Origin: Octopus sinensis
Taxonomy: Eukaryota
Direction of reading: 5' to 3'
Assembly (NCBI RefSeq): GCF_006345805.1
Contig: NC_043003.1
Location: forward strand, 27,280,001 to 27,344,000
DNA length: 64,000 bases
In this document: positions 39,577 to 54,029 of the stretch, piece by piece
How the letters are laid out: each line of letters opens with the position of its first letter
Position numbering within the stretch: position 1 is the first letter of the stretch
The notes under the pieces: model-generated
The model's database searches: none
The model's input: only the letters and a program-made list of their open reading frames with translations
What the model was told of the DNA's origin: nothing
Position numbers and translations under genes: made by a program

Positions 39577-40430
39577 ACAACAAAAGCTATAAAACAAATG
39601 AAATCCAAACTAAAACTAGAACAGCAACGAACTATGATAAAACGATGGCAAGAAAAGCCCCTTCATGGCAAATACTGGACTAAGCTAAATGCAAAAGAAA
39701 TAGACAAAGAAAAATCCCAGCAATGGTTGATAAGCTCAGGACTCAAAGCAGAGACAAAGGGATTTTTAATTGCAGCACAAGACCAAAGCCTCCCCACCAG
39801 AAATTACCAAAAACATGTAATGAAAAGAAATATAACAAGTAACTGCAGAATATGTGGAGATGGACAAGAAACAATAAATCATATTATCTCTAGCTGCCCA
39901 GTCCTGGCTAAGAAGGAAGATATTCACAGACACGACAGAGTTGGGACCTACATACACTGGAAGCTATGCCAACATTATGGAATAACAACAGAAAAAAGAT
40001 GGTATAGGCACACACCAGAAAAGGTCACAGAAAACGAGGAAGCAACCATACACTGGGATATGCCAATACACACAGATAGAGAAATTAAGGCCAACAGACC
40101 AGATATAGTTGTCAGAGATCATAAAGAAGAAAATGCTTTCTAATTTATGTATCAATACCAGCAGATGACAACGTGTCTCTAAAAGAAATGGAGAAACGTT
40201 CAAAATACAAAGACCTAGAAATAGAGGTAACTAGAATGTGGAATCTGAAAACAGAAACAATTCCTATCATAGTAGGTGCATTAGGCACGATAAAAAAATA
40301 TTCAGACAAATACATAGCAAAAACACCATGACTTACAAACACATATAACATACAGAAAATTGCACTACTAGGCACTGCACACATCCTACGCAGAACACTT
40401 TCAATACAGTAACCATCAGAGCATTCTATA
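39577..40430 (+). mobile_element. Relatively young 5'-truncated R4/Dong-type 3' end
   Basis: EKPLHGKY...GLKAETKGFLIAAQDQSLPTRNY...CRICG...HIISSC...RHDRV...NRPDIVV...PIIVGALG; few lesions. Confidence 0.92.
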
Positions 40431-42351
40431 ATGGACCTTTTAATCTTGTAGTTAGTTCCTTTGTTTTATTTTGATTTTTACCTCCAAATATACCTTGAAA
40501 CAGTTATCGCAGGTTTTTATCTTTGTGTTTGAAAGTGTACGTACGTATGTATGTATGTATGTATGTATGTATGTATGTATGTATGTATGTATGTATCTAT
40601 GTATGTATGTATGTATGTATATATTGAGTATGTCTCGATTTAAAAGTGTTCTCAGTGTGGCCTGTATAGCGTTTTGCATTATTGTCATTATTATTAGGTG
40701 ACACTTCAGCACTGTAAACGACATTTTTTAAAAGCATTTACCGTTTAGAAGGCATATACTTTTATTGAGGCAGTTGCATATAGGTGATGGTTCATTAGTA
40801 GAGAGGGGCTTAGTTTTTTCGATTAATTCTAGTTAAAGAATAGGCGAAATTACCTGTGCTGCTGCCTGGTTTGTCTGACATATGTATATCAATGTGTATC
40901 TATACATAAGCATGCTAGTGTATGTATACGTGTCTGAATATGCAAGTATATGTGTATGTATATCTATTTGTGTACGTGCATATTTATTTATGTATGTATA
41001 CATTTGTGTATGCGTGTGTTTGTGTGTGTGTGTACATATAATAACGTAGGCAGCTATATGCGATATAAAACTAAAAAAGAAAAATTCAATTGTTACTAAT
41101 TGTGAGGATTGGGTAGCACCTATATTGCTAGAAATAAGAGTTAAACCCTTAGAACTGCAAGGAAACACACTTTCATATACTGACAGGGGAGATAACCACC
41201 CCATAATTGAAGCTAGAATCACTGGACTAGACTAGTTTCGTCTGTAAAATTGCAGAGTCGTCAGCAGTGACTATTCCATTGCCGAATGGCTTAGCTAAAT
41301 CCAGACTATCAGTATATATATTTACCATATAAATTTATGGCTGAGTAAGCGATATGCTACCAAACTTGTGTGTGTATATGCATGTATGTATGTATGTATG
41401 TATGTATGTATGTATGTATGTATGTATGTATGTATGCATGTATGTGTGCATGTATTATGTATGTATGGGACAAAAAGAAAATACGAAGACCAGATAAAAA
41501 AAAACAATCAAACAAACGGAGTATATTAGTTGACACTCAGGAAGAATTAGAAGTCATTTGCGTTTCAAGCATACGCTCTCCTACAAGAAAAATAGACGAG
41601 GAGAGAAAAAAATGGAGACATATAAGAACAAACGTGTCTCAATTAGACGGTCACCGCATACTGAAATGACTTGAAGAGGGCTCCAATGGTGTGTGTAGCA
41701 AGAGAGACAACTGTAAAGCTAAACTGGGGCCTGGTTTGCAAGGGAAGCAACAGTGACCTAGTATATATGTGTTAGCAAGCACGTCGATGGGTGTAAAGTT
41801 AATGCATGCGTGTGTATGTTTGTATGGATGCTCGCATGTGTGTGTAAGCAGGCACGTATGTATGTACGTATGTGTGTATATATATATATATATGCAGCTA
41901 ATGTGTGCGTGCATGGGCATGTGTGTATGTGTATGAGTAAGCACCCGTGCATCTATAAAGCTTATGTGTGGGTGTATATTTTGTGCGCGTGTATACTTTG
42001 TGTGTTGCGCATGTGTACACGTACGTATGAGCGCGTGTATGTGAGTGTGAGGCTATCTGATGTATGTGTGTATATATGGTTATCAGACGTGCGTACGCGT
42101 GTACGTGTGCATACAAGTGCACGTGTGTATACAGCTACTGTGTACGTGTATACTTTGCACCTTTAATTGTGTGTATGTGTGTACGTATGCGTTCTTATTT
42201 TTTGTTTATGTGTGTGTAAGAGGCTATCGGAAATGTGTGTCTGCATACACCTGTGTATGTATGAAGCTATTGCGCGCGTGTATATCGTGTGTGTTTATGC
42301 GTGTGTGTATGTGTGTGCGTGTTCGTGTGCGTGTGCGTGTATCCCTGTTCT

Positions 42352-42590
42352 AAGTTTCTTATTTCTTTATTGCCTGCAAAGGGCTAAACATAAAGGGGAC
42401 AAACAAGGATAGACAAACGGATTAAGTCGATTACATCGACCCCAGTGCGTAACTGGTACTTAATTTATCGACCCCGAAAGGATGAAAGGTAAAGTCGACC
42501 TCGGCGTAATTCGAACTCAGAACGTAGCGGCGGATGAAATACAGCTAACGTTTCTGCCAGCTCGCCGCCTTGCTCTAAGTTTCTGTGTGT
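42352..42590 (-). mobile_element. tRNA-derived SINE with GCAATAAAGAAATA tail
   Basis: Same core as 2355-2575, alternative tail. Confidence 0.8.
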
Positions 42591-43230
42591 CAGAGGCTCT
42601 CGGACAATGTGTGTGTGTGGTGTGTGAAACTAATTTGCGCGCGTATGCTCCGTGTGTGTGTACATGTGCATATATGTGTATGGACGTGTATGTAGGAGGG
42701 TGTTAAGTGCACTATGCTGGATAGAGGTGTCTATCCAGCATAGTGATAGTTGTTGCGTGATAGTTGTTGAGAAGTGCGGGTGCGGGATTATATATTTACT
42801 ACTGTAAATGTGAAGATGGATTTGGAAGTGTTGCATCTTTTAAAGTTGTAATTATTGATGATTCTAAAATAATGCTATATCGAAACATGTATATGTACGT
42901 AGAAAATCTTTTCTTGATAATTTTGGGTTCTTTTGTTGGTTGAGAAGCTTCCTTTTATAATCTTATAGGTATGTTTTTTCATCTTTTAATTTGTATTACT
43001 TTTCCAATAAAACGAAACAAGCATTTTTTTTTTTTCATTTTTCTTTACCATTTTCTTTTATTGACTTTTTTGATTTTATGAGACTTTATATACATATATA
43101 TTGATGAAGTTCCTATCAATATATTTGGTTAAACCCAGTTGGCATCAGGATTGTTTTTAACAATCCCTTACGTGGATATTGTTTCCTCAAATTCTGAATA
43201 CTCACACACACACACACACACACAAATATA

Positions 43231-43266
<36 letters not shown>

Positions 43267-44104
43267 TGTATGTATGTATGTATGTATGTATTAGAAGAAA
43301 TAAGGTACTCAGAAATATGGATGGTTTTATATTTACAGATATTTATTAATATCTGTTATATAAAACCATCTAGATTTCTGAGCACCTTATTTCTTCTAAT
43401 ATATAATACCTGTACATCATCTCCAAACCTTCATATATATATATATATATATGGGAGTGGAACAGGATGTCACGAACGATGCAAATAACATGAAATACGT
43501 ATACAAACGAGTAAACACAGAGAAAGGACCCTTGGTCAGTTGTCGACTGTCTATCTTGTCATTTCGAGTATTCAACGATAAATGAGTCTTCAAAGACAGT
43601 TGCTCCCATAAGTTCTAAAATAAAATAAAACTTTGGGATTTATGGAGTGTCAAAGTTGGAAACAAAAGAATGACAGTGAAGACATACAGGGAAGCCGAAT
43701 GAAAACAAACATGGAGGATCGTTAGACCAGAACGAGAGGAAAATAGTGAACGCTGGGAGAAACATTTTTCGAAAAAGTAAAAGATAGAAGACAGAGAAAA
43801 AAGACATGTCCACTCGTTTAAACGTCCGTGCAGGAAAAGAAAGATGGTCACGTGAGGAAAAGAAAGATGGACGATGGTCACGTTCGAGTAACGAGAGAGA
43901 AGGAGAGAGAAAGAGAAAGAGGGGAGAGGAAGATGCAGATAGAAAACGGTGAAGGGGGTGGGGGAGAAAAGGGAATTAGAAAAGGAAGGAAGAAGAAAAC
44001 AGTATAGAGTAGAGAGTTGCATCAAAAAGGTGAAGATAAACTGACTTGGAAATAGATGCCTCGCGTTCAATTAAATAATACATAATAAATAATGTGTGTA
44101 TATA

Positions 44105-44165
<61 letters not shown>

Positions 44166-44676
44166 AGGAATGACCACTAAGTGGACATCCATTATGCTAG
44201 AGGTAGACCCCATATCGTCTGACTACTAAGAAAAAATTCAGCAAACGCCAGGACGTAAGCGAGCAAGACAAATGAAAAGATACAAAATATAAAGATTAAT
44301 CACAATTCTGGTTTCATTGATACCATTTACGTAATACTTACGTAAATGTCCGCAATTCATCAGTGTGATCGTCATAGCAAAATATAATTTGCAGACCTAT
44401 ACACGAGATGTCCGCATGAGATTGAACATGCATATAGTTCTACCAATTACATTTGGGGTTCTATTTCAAAAGTCTTCATTTTTGGCGCGCCAAAATACCG
44501 GAAATAATTCTGCAGAAAATAATTCTCTGCAGTGAATTTTGCCGGTTAGAGAACATGGTTATTTAAATTTAAATAATATGGGCTAAAAATTGAATATTAA
44601 TTTAATTAATATCAATTTAAAAGCAGTGGCCTAGCATATTGAAAAATCTGCATATAATTGTGTATATGTTTGTATG

Positions 44677-44734
<58 letters not shown>

Positions 44735-44946
44735 ATATATATAATATATATATACATACAAAAATTATGTATATATATATTATATATATATATATATTAT
44801 ATATATATATATTATATATATATAATATATATATATATATACATACAAAAATTATGTATATATATATTATATATGCATATATGGGTACAGGATGTCACAA
44901 AACGTAAACATGAAATACGAAATATGAAAACAACATAAAATACAAA

Positions 44947-45118
44947 GACGTCATGTGGATATTTTAAATAGCTTTTCAGCGCGTAGTTAGGGAGTGTATT
45001 TTCCGCTTGACTGAATTTGCGCTAAAGGAACTTACTTATCCAGCTCAAATTCAGTCAAGCGGAAAATACACTCCCTAACTACGCGCTAAAAAGCTATTTA
45101 AAATATCCACATGACGTC
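44947..45118. repeat. 172-bp near-perfect hairpin
   Basis: 73-bp arms with one mismatch, 26-nt loop. Confidence 0.9.
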
Positions 45119-45625
45119 TGAACTATAAGAACAATAAGAATTTTCAGCCTGAACAATAAGAATTTTCAACAACGCTATTTTCGAAAATTCTAAACATTCA
45201 CGTGACCTCTCTATTATGACCACATCCACGTGACCTCTTTATTATGACCAATAAGAAATTTTATTTGCGACACTAGCCAAATTTTAACTTCTCTGGAGCC
45301 TTTTTTCTTACCCCAACACCAACTTCCATTCAAACATTCACATGACCCCTTCATAATGACCAATCAAAATTGTATTGACCATTGTCCACAAGAAATTTTA
45401 GGCGCGAAACCAAGCAAATCCAAAACAACTCTGGAGTCTCTTTTTTCACATATAACAGCAAACCCAACATAAAGTCAGATAAGAGGAAAAAATCTATCAG
45501 AAAAGGAACTCTAATCTCTCTTTAAAAAATATATTTTGATAAGCATAACAAATGCGCAACCGGTAAAAAGAACTTTCACCTAATTAAATTACTTAAATTA
45601 TTTTGTCAGCATTTTCTTCATTTCC

Positions 45626-45661
<36 letters not shown>

Positions 45662-45669
45662 TATATGCA

Positions 45670-46060
45670 AGTGTGGCTGTGTGAAGCTAGCTTCCCAATC
45701 ACATGTTTCCAGGTTCAGTCCCACTGCGTGGCACCTTGGGCAAGTGTCTTCTACTATGGACACAGGCCGACCAAAGCCTTGTTACTGGATTTGGTAGACG
45801 GAAACTGAAAGAATCCCGTTGTACGTGTGTGTGTGTGAATGTGCGTCTTTGTGCCTGTGTTTGTCCCCCCATCATAGTTTGATGATCGGTGTTGGTGTGT
45901 TTATGTCCTCGTAAATTAACGGTTCAGCAAAGAGACCAACTTAACAAGTACAAGGCTTCAGAAAATAAGTCCTGGGAGCGATTTTTTTTTCGACTAAAAA
46001 ACCATTCAAGCCGGTGCTCTAGCATGGCCACAGTCAAATGATTGAAACAAATAAAAGAAC
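45670..46060 (+). mobile_element. SINE, second family
   Basis: Similar to 10590-10968. Confidence 0.8.
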
Positions 46061-46079
46061 ATATATATATAATTATTAT

Positions 46080-46715
46080 TTAAGTCGGTGAGCTGGTAGA
46101 ATCGTTAGCCTGCAAGACAAAATGCTTAGTGGCATTTCATCCATCCTTACATCCTCAGTTCAAATTCCGCCAAGGTCAATTTTTGCTTTTCATCTTTTCG
46201 GGGTCGATAAATTAAGTATCAGTTAAGTACTGGAGTCGAAGTAATCAACTAGGCCACTCCCACAAAATTCCAGGTGTTGTGTCTTTAATAGAAAGGATTG
46301 TTATTCAGGCAGTGAGCTGGCAGAATCGTTAACACCCCGGGTGAAATGCTTAGCAGTATTTCGTCTGCCGCTACGTTCTGAGTTCAAATTCCGCCGAGGT
46401 CGACTTTGCTTTTTATCCTTTCAGGGTCGATTAAATAAGTACCAGTTACGCACTGAGATCGATATAATCGACTTAATCCGTTTGTCTATCCTTGTTTGTC
46501 CTCTCTGTGTTTAGCTCCTTGTGGGTAGTAAAGAAATAGGTATTTCGTCTGCCGCTGTATTCTGAGTTCAAATTCCACCGAAGTCAATTTTGCCTTTCAT
46601 CCTTTCGGGATTGATAAATTAAGTATCAGTTGTGTATTGAGGTCAATGTAATCGACTTTATCCCTTCCCCCAAATCTGAGGCCTTGTGTTTCCAGTAGAA
46701 AGGATTATTATTATT
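46080..46715 (+). mobile_element. Cluster of first-family SINEs including a composite dimer
   Basis: Three consecutive cores followed by an (ATT)n tail. Confidence 0.8.
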
Positions 46716-46716
46716 A

Positions 46717-46756
<40 letters not shown>

Positions 46757-47934
46757 CCTCATTATTATCATTATTATCATCATCATCATCATTATCATCA
46801 TTATTATTATTGTTATTATTAGCAATTAAAACAGTATTAATTCAAAAATAGCATTCTGTATATCTTACTTAACAGCGTATATCCACGTTAAGACATACAT
46901 ACGTACATGCATACGTGTACATACATACATAGAGTGGTCAGCAACAGGTTAGCTACAACTCTTAAGTAGGCCCGTCAAGTGTTCTCTGTGAGCCATGAAT
47001 CTTTTCTACAAACTATTTTGAAACTCAACATAATAGTCACCCAGCTGTTGTAGCTTTTAGACTATATTTTGCTTTGGGATTTATTTTTTGCTTACATAAG
47101 CATTTGCTTGTATAGGCATTGCTGCTTAAGGAGATGCGTGGTAAGGGATAAGCGGGGATATTTTTATGTTATTTATATTAAAAGTTGACACGAAAGATTT
47201 AATGCTATCAAAATACATTTTAACATGTCACATTAATCTGATTATAAATTTTAAGAAAAGGGAAGCTTTTTGCACGGTATAGTGCTATATAAACCCTCGG
47301 CTTCTGGTGTGGTTTGGGAGTGGGTGGGGGTACTGTAGTTTTATACTGTGTGTCTTGGGCATTCTTAGAGCTGGCAGAGTCCATCTTATTCCCCCTACAG
47401 GTCTGACAACAGTCGACTTTTTAAAGAAAGGAAGGAAGGAAGGAAGGAAGGAAGATGGGGAGGGGGAGGGAGGAGGGAGGGAGGGAGGAAGGAAGGAAGG
47501 AAGGAAGGAAGGAAGGAAAGAAAGAAAGAAAGAAAGAAAGAAAGAAGAAAGAAAGAAAGGAAGGAAGAGTTGGTACTTTATCAAGTCAAACAACAAAATT
47601 GACCTCGGCAGGACTTGAACACCGAGCATACAATGTCAAAACATACGGAGCAAGACAATGCATTCAACACACTAAATCTCATCTCATCTAGGTCGTTCCA
47701 TAGGACTAAAAAAAGGGTCAATTTTAAGAAAGGAGAAGCTTTTTGCATGGCATTGTGCTATATAAACCCTGAGCTTCTGGTGGGCATACTGTCATTTTAT
47801 ACTGTGTCATTTCATCGTTTATATTTGGAAATAAGATGGAATGGTCATGTATGGAACGCCTTAATAATAATTCTGTTTGCTGAAGCCTAACTTGTTATAG
47901 ACAGCAACTGTAAAGTGTTAGATTATCACCAACA

Positions 47935-48145
47935 AGGCGGCGAGCTAGCAGAAACGTTAGCACGCCGGGCGAAATGCTTAGCAGTATTTCGTCTGCCGCT
48001 ACATTCAGAGTTCAAATTCCGCAGAGGTCGACTTTGCCTTTCATCCTTTCGGGGTCGATTAAGTAAGTACCAGTTACGCACTGGGGTCGATAGAATCGAC
48101 TTAATCCGTTTGTCTGTCCTTGTTTGTCCCCTCTGTGTTTAGTCC
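47935..48145 (+). mobile_element. tRNA-derived SINE
   Basis: GGCGGCGAGCTAGCAGAAACGTTAGC head plus family core. Confidence 0.85.
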
Positions 48146-48530
48146 CTTGTTCTTGTCACCTTTTTTTTACCCCTCCGCAAAAAAATTTTATTTAATTCAT
48201 TTTGTGGGAAGGACTGTTCTGCCCTTACCTTCGAAACACGCAATGAGTCGAAACAGGGGCAGCTGAAGAAGGGGAATGTTCCCTCTGTTGTTTGTCTTGT
48301 ACTCTGTTTTTTCGTTGCTAAAAAAAGTCCGTTTCCTTGTTTTGTTTTTAAGCTTTCGTTTCTCTTTATGTTCTACGTTTATTTGTGGTGTCCTGTACTC
48401 ATATATGCATGTATATATACTTATAAATGTAGGTATGTACATATATGTATGTATGTATGCATATGTTTTATTTATCAAATTGTTATTATATGATCGAACG
48501 CACGCGTCGTTGTCTTCTTCTTCCAAGTAA

Positions 48531-48566
<36 letters not shown>

Positions 48567-48567
<1 letters not shown>

Positions 48568-49110
48568 GAGCAAACCTCCCCCCGTCCAATGGACGGTGCT
48601 GAAACATACCTGTTAAAAAAAGACAATCAGTGTTTTCTTTTCATTAAAAAATAATTAAGTATGCCTTTATTTCAATAAAATTTTTGGTTTTATTAAACGA
48701 AGTTAAGGTGAAAAAAAAAAACCTTCTTGAGAAACCAAATAGTCTTCCTTTCCTTCATGCCACGTTTGAAGAAAATATTTCTTTTGCATCTTTTTTTTTT
48801 TTGGTCTCTTAAATATACTGCATTTTCTAGCATTATTTCAAGCCAGCCGGATTTTTTTTTGCGCAAACTTCATGTGCATTTTTCTCGGGTACGCATAGTA
48901 TCGATCTCAACAGCTTGCGCGTACAAATGCAGGTTCCCACGGCTATATCGATCGCATTCTCACCTGGAATTGATTTTTGTAATTTTTTCAAGACTTATAC
49001 ACGCCCTGATATCGTCAGTATCTACACATCAAATTTGAGTGCAATCGGATGGAGGATGCCCGAGATCCTAGAAGACAGACAGACAGACAGAACGGGTTTT
49101 ATATAATAGA
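48567..49110 (-). mobile_element. Non-autonomous Helitron
   Basis: A|TC...hairpin...CTCG|T boundaries; homologous to 9160-10230. Confidence 0.8.
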
Positions 49111-49151
49111 TGTGTGTGCGTGTGTGTGTATGATTATATATGTGTATGCAT

Positions 49152-49189
<38 letters not shown>

Positions 49190-50009
49190 GTGTGTATATG
49201 CATATGTATGTATATGAATATAGACTATGATATGCAACCCCATTATAGAACCAATGATTGGATTGATTGATTAATTGATTAATTGGTTGGCTGATTAATA
49301 TGTTGTTTGACCTAATTAAATCTAGAGTTACCTCCCTTCGTTTTATTTATAAATAAACTCCCAACTCCATTGCATCTCCTAAATATAACATCATCATCAT
49401 CATTTAACGTCCGCTTTCCATGCTATAGCTGGATAGATATTTTTAAGGACTAAACGACTAAAGGGTTTATTAATTAAGTGACTTAACAATATTACATGGA
49501 ATCTTGCATTTTAGGCATTTTGTCAATTGGAGTCTTGCATTTGAAGCAATTTGTCAGATATCATAGATTTTAAACATAATTTTAGCGATAATGACTACAA
49601 TTTGGTAATATGTTGGTATGGTTATATATAGAAGAGGATATGTGAGGATTCAGAGAAGGAATTTTAGGCGTAATTTTAACGATTAACGACAACATGATGA
49701 GACGATATATACGGCATATATTTTATTTCATAAATTTTATCGCCACATGTGCAAGTAGCACTTGTGTATAAACAGTTAATGCAGAGTGACTTTCTACATG
49801 TCCCTCTCCACTATGGAACACTTCTAAATGGAAGCCCCACTTTCAAATTTTTCCTTATCCATGACATTAAATACTGGTCTAAAAGCTAGCTCCTGTGGAG
49901 AGCACTTCATTCAGCTTTGGACCCAACATTGATACTTCATGCATTGAGTACATATTAAATTTTATTAAACTTGAACAATATTTTTCAAACAATTAACAAT
50001 AGGCACAGG

Positions 50010-50395
50010 AGCAGCTGTGTGGTAAGTAGCTTGCTTACCAACCACATGGTTCCGGGTTCAGTCCCACTGCATAGCAACTTGGGCAAGTGTCTTCTACTAT
50101 AGCCTCAGGCCGACCGAAGCTTTGTGAGTAGATTTGGTAGATGGAAACTGAATGAAGCCCGTCGTATATATATATATATATATATGCATGTGTGTATATG
50201 TTTGTGTGTGTGAGTCCCCCCAACATCGCTTGACAACCGATGCTGGTGTGTTTACGTCCCCGTAACTTAGCGGTTTGGCAAAAGAGATCAATAGAATAAG
50301 TACTAGACTTATAAAGAATAAGTCCTGGGGTCGATTTGCTCGACTAAAGGCAGTACTCCAGCATGGCTGCAGTCAAAATGACTGAAACAAGTAAA
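50010..50395 (+). mobile_element. SINE, second family
   Basis: Similar to 10590-10968. Confidence 0.85.
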
Positions 50396-50454
50396 TGAGT
50401 AATGAATAAAGAGAGTTTTCATCAAAATAATGATATAATTTGTCTATTTGGAAG

Positions 50455-52120
50455 TTATTGCAAAGCTTCATGATAAACAACATTTTTGGTCTTCCCATTC
50501 GGGGTCAGTACAAACAGCTTATTTCCATTTCTAACCCTTGAACAACCAGCATAGAGCTGGCCGTGAGAAAAGCAGAGTTCTATCAGATGAAGCCCTGTTA
50601 CTGTTAATGATTGTCCTTGGGACTTATTGACTGACATTGCATAGCCCACTCTCACTGGAAACTGAAGTCTTTTGAGCTCAAAACGAAGATCTGGAGAAAT
50701 TAAGGGGATTCTTGGAATTAAATCTCTTTCCTCTTTTCTTAGACCAGTAAGGATCTCTACTTCCAAGAGATGACGAAGCATCTTCTTGACAATTAACCTT
50801 GTTCTGTTACAAAACTTTGGAGAATCCAGATTTCTTAATGACATAACTGGTACATTTTCTTTTAGTTCCAGGTTGTGTGATGGCATTCCAGTAGGATTCA
50901 ATGAGTTCAGGAACTCTGTTGATAATTCACTGCGTGCTCTTGTTCAGCCACAGTGTCAATGAAAATGTACTTCATGCTTTCTTTTGGAATTTCTTGGAGA
51001 GGTTTCCAGTTGATGCTATCCACAGTTTTATTCTTCATAGCTAATATGGCCGAATCCAAAAAATGATGTTTAATGTTTGGATAAACATGGTTAATCAAGT
51101 CTTGTCTACTTGAGATTGAAACTCCACAATGATTTGGGAGTGAAATATCTCCATTTTGGTCCATCTTGATGGTTCCATTGTCAAGTTGCAACAACAAAGC
51201 AGCAAATCTTCATGTTTCAAGGTTACCCGTGATTCTAGCTTTCATGTTTGTTTTCAGGCTGAGTGTTTGAACATTCTCCAGATGTAAGAATTATTCAGGC
51301 AAGCATTGGTTTCATCAACTGGAGTTCCTCTTGCAAAGACTTGTAATGTTTGTCTAAGATCACCAGAGAATAGCATAGTGATACCTCCCATGATTTGTGA
51401 ATTTTGTCTAATATCTTGGAGTATTTTGTCCAGAGTCTCAAATGCTCACTTCTTCCCAGACAATGAAGCTTGTCTCCTCCAGTAGCTTAGCCAAGTTGGT
51501 TCCTCTCTTGATATTGCAAATAGGGGTTCCATTGTAGTGCAAATCCAATGGAAGTTTGAAGGCACTGTGTGCTGTACGCCCTCCAGGCAAGAGAGTAGCA
51601 GCAATTCCAGATGATGCAACTGCTAGTGCTACTTTTCTTTGGAGTCTCACTGTAGATCAAAGAAGGTTAGTTATAAAATTTTTACCAGTAGTTCCAGGTG
51701 CATCCAAGAAGGCAATCCACCATTGTTGTTGTTGGTGTCATCAAGGACCTTCTGATACACTTGCTGTTGGTCTTGGTTCAACAGGAGCTCATTGTTTTAA
51801 ACACACTGATGCAGTTCTTCCATGTTGTAGCCTATTTCTCTCAAAATTTCTCTGTTGATTTGTCCAGTTACTCTGTTTTGCTTTAGCACACTAAAATTAC
51901 CAAGATCTCTTTAAGCCAGGTTCATCACTTTGTCTTCAATTTCACAGAGAACTAAATTTGCAGTCTGAGGATTCAATTCCAATCCTGGATGAGCAAGTCT
52001 CATTTAATGAAGAATATCTTCACTGAAAGCCTCCCAAAGAGTAACTGGGTTGGAAAGTTTGCAGGTGGCAATCTTTACTGCAAACAGGTCCCTGACTTGT
52101 TTTGGAGAATTTGTTCCTCC
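50455..52120 (-). pseudogene. Helitron RepHel helicase (PIF1-like) portion, decayed
   Basis: FLDAPGTTGK, ASSGIAATLLPGGRTAHSAFKLP, GDLRQTL, RLQFPVRVGYAMSVNKSQGQSL, FSHGQLYAGCSRV, TKNVVYHEAL. Confidence 0.9.
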
Positions 52121-52400
52121 AGAGTCATATTCCAATAATGATCATATTCGTTGCAAAAAAATCACCTAAAAAAGTCGCCAAAATTAATCACTGGATTTCG
52201 CAATTAATTTTGATTATTCTCAAAATTTATTTCCAAGTTATAAAAATTGTTATCATACAAAAACATTCGTCACAAAAAAAGAATCATGTAAAAAATATTG
52301 CTAAAATCAATCGCAGTATTGAAAACTTGGGAATCAAACATTTCAGGATTGGGTCCAGATTCAGCCTGAAATGTTTTTAATTTACTCACAGAGTCGGCCT

Positions 52401-52647
52401 AATAGTAAGTTAGTAAGGCGGTGAGCTGGCAGAAACGTTAGCATGCCAGGCGAAATGCTTAGCGATATTTCGTCTGCCGTTACGTTCTGAGTTCAAATTC
52501 TGCCGAGATCGACTTTGCCTTTCATCCTTCAGGTGTCGATAAATTAAGTACCAGTTACGCACTGGGGTCGATGTAATCAACTTAATCCCTTTGTCTGTCC
52601 TTGTTTGTTCCCTCTATGTTTAGCCCCATGTGGGCAATAAAAACATA
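52401..52647 (+). mobile_element. tRNA-derived SINE with 11-bp target-site duplication
   Basis: AGAGTCGGCCT at 52390-52400 and 52648-52658. Confidence 0.85.
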
Positions 52648-52899
52648 AGAGTCGGCCTGATTCCAAAATGGTATGATATGTTGGGCTATGGCCTCCAACA
52701 GTAAAGTTTTAAAAGTGTGACACACAGACATTCGCATTTATTATAATAGAAGACACAACAATGACCTTCATAAGAATGTATTTTAAATGAAAGAATAAAA
52801 AGAAAATACATGTCTCATGAGAATTGGTTGGTAAGTGATACCTTGTGATCAACTGTGAAAAAAAGTGAATTCCAAAAGGTTTGAAATTTTCCAGGAGAG

Positions 52900-53620
52900 A
52901 CATTTATTAATTTCAAAAAAGTACAAAGCTCTAAATCCCTCCAAAGTAGGATCCTCTGACTTCAATGCACATGTTGCAGCATTCCAGCCACTTTGTGAAA
53001 ACCCCATGAAGATCTTCCGAAACGAAAGTGTCCAGAACCTTTGTCACAACCTCCCTCATCTTCAAAACGACTGACCATGAGACTCTCCTTGAGCTTGGGG
53101 AACAATCAAAAGTCACAGGGAGCAGTTTTGATGCCCATCCCTATCAAGTACTTGGTTACCAGGGATGGAATTGTGGACTGGTACATTGTCCTGGTGCAAG
53201 TGTTACCAACCTGGATAGAAGAGCTCTGGCCTTTTGCAAAGAAATCTCTTCCTGCACACCCTCAAAACCTCCACAAAATACACTTTGTTGACCATCTGAC
53301 CAGAGGAAACCTGGTGGATGTCAATGATACCCTTATTGTTGAAAAAGGGGATCATTGTGCGCTTTTGGGTGGATTTAGTTTGCTTGGCTTTCTTGAGTCT
53401 GGGTGGTAGTGGGGGGTTGCCAGGATACTTCTATTAGGCAATCTGTCTCTTGGTTTCTGTATCATAACAGTAGACCCAGCATACTCATGGACTGGATGTA
53501 ATGGGCTCAACCATCTCCTTGCTGTTACCAACACGTCCTTCTTTTGCTCGTTCATGGATCAAGCAGTACAGTTTACTATCCAGTGTACAGGGTGGAATCC
53601 TCTTAAGAGTTGCTTTACTC
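52900..53620 (-). mobile_element. Decayed mariner transposase
   Basis: WVYCYDTETKRQ, HQDNVPVHNSI-like and CDF*LFPKLKESL-like segments across frames. Confidence 0.7.
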
Positions 53621-53774
53621 GATCGGTAATGTAAACAACAACAATCACAAGACATGACACATGAATGAGTGCATCCTTTTACAGTCATTTGAGCTGCTAG
53701 AAATAGCAGCCAAACCCTGTCAAGTCGCAATTTACACTGACAACAACAACAAGGAGGAGGAGGAGGAGTTAATA

Positions 53775-54010
53775 ATGTTTTCTTTATTGGCCGCAAGGGC
53801 CAAACACAAAGCAAAAAGGGGCAATACAACACAAGGGACAAGTGGGGTGTGGAACAATGTCGAGTATACAACAAATAACAATTAACAATAAAATTAAACA
53901 ATGAAATTCCCTAAAAGGGGGGAGTCCTCACAGGGACAACAGAGAAGCCCCACACATCCTGCTTACCCTGACCGCCGGGTGCATCTCTCCTTCTCAACAC
54001 CTCAAGTTTA
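53775..54010 (-). mobile_element. 3' end of a LINE-like element (Tx1-type tail)
   Basis: ACCCCACTTGTCCC...GCCCC...GGCCCTTGCGGCCAATAAAGA aligns with the tail at 58800-58865. Confidence 0.55.
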
Positions 54011-54029
54011 CAAGCGAATCATCATCATT

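Noticed and set aside
39400-40143. 247-aa poly-Glu protein as a host gene
   Set aside because: A (GAA)n tract in frame with an R4/Dong C-terminal fragment
43540-43610. TTGAAGA...GAAA motif on the minus strand as a hammerhead
   Set aside because: Stem III and the UH site cannot be formed in register
47240-47810. Two ~110-bp direct repeats with TATATAAA as LTRs of a TRIM
   Set aside because: No TG/CA termini, PBS or TSD; the interior is a microsatellite and a SINE scrap
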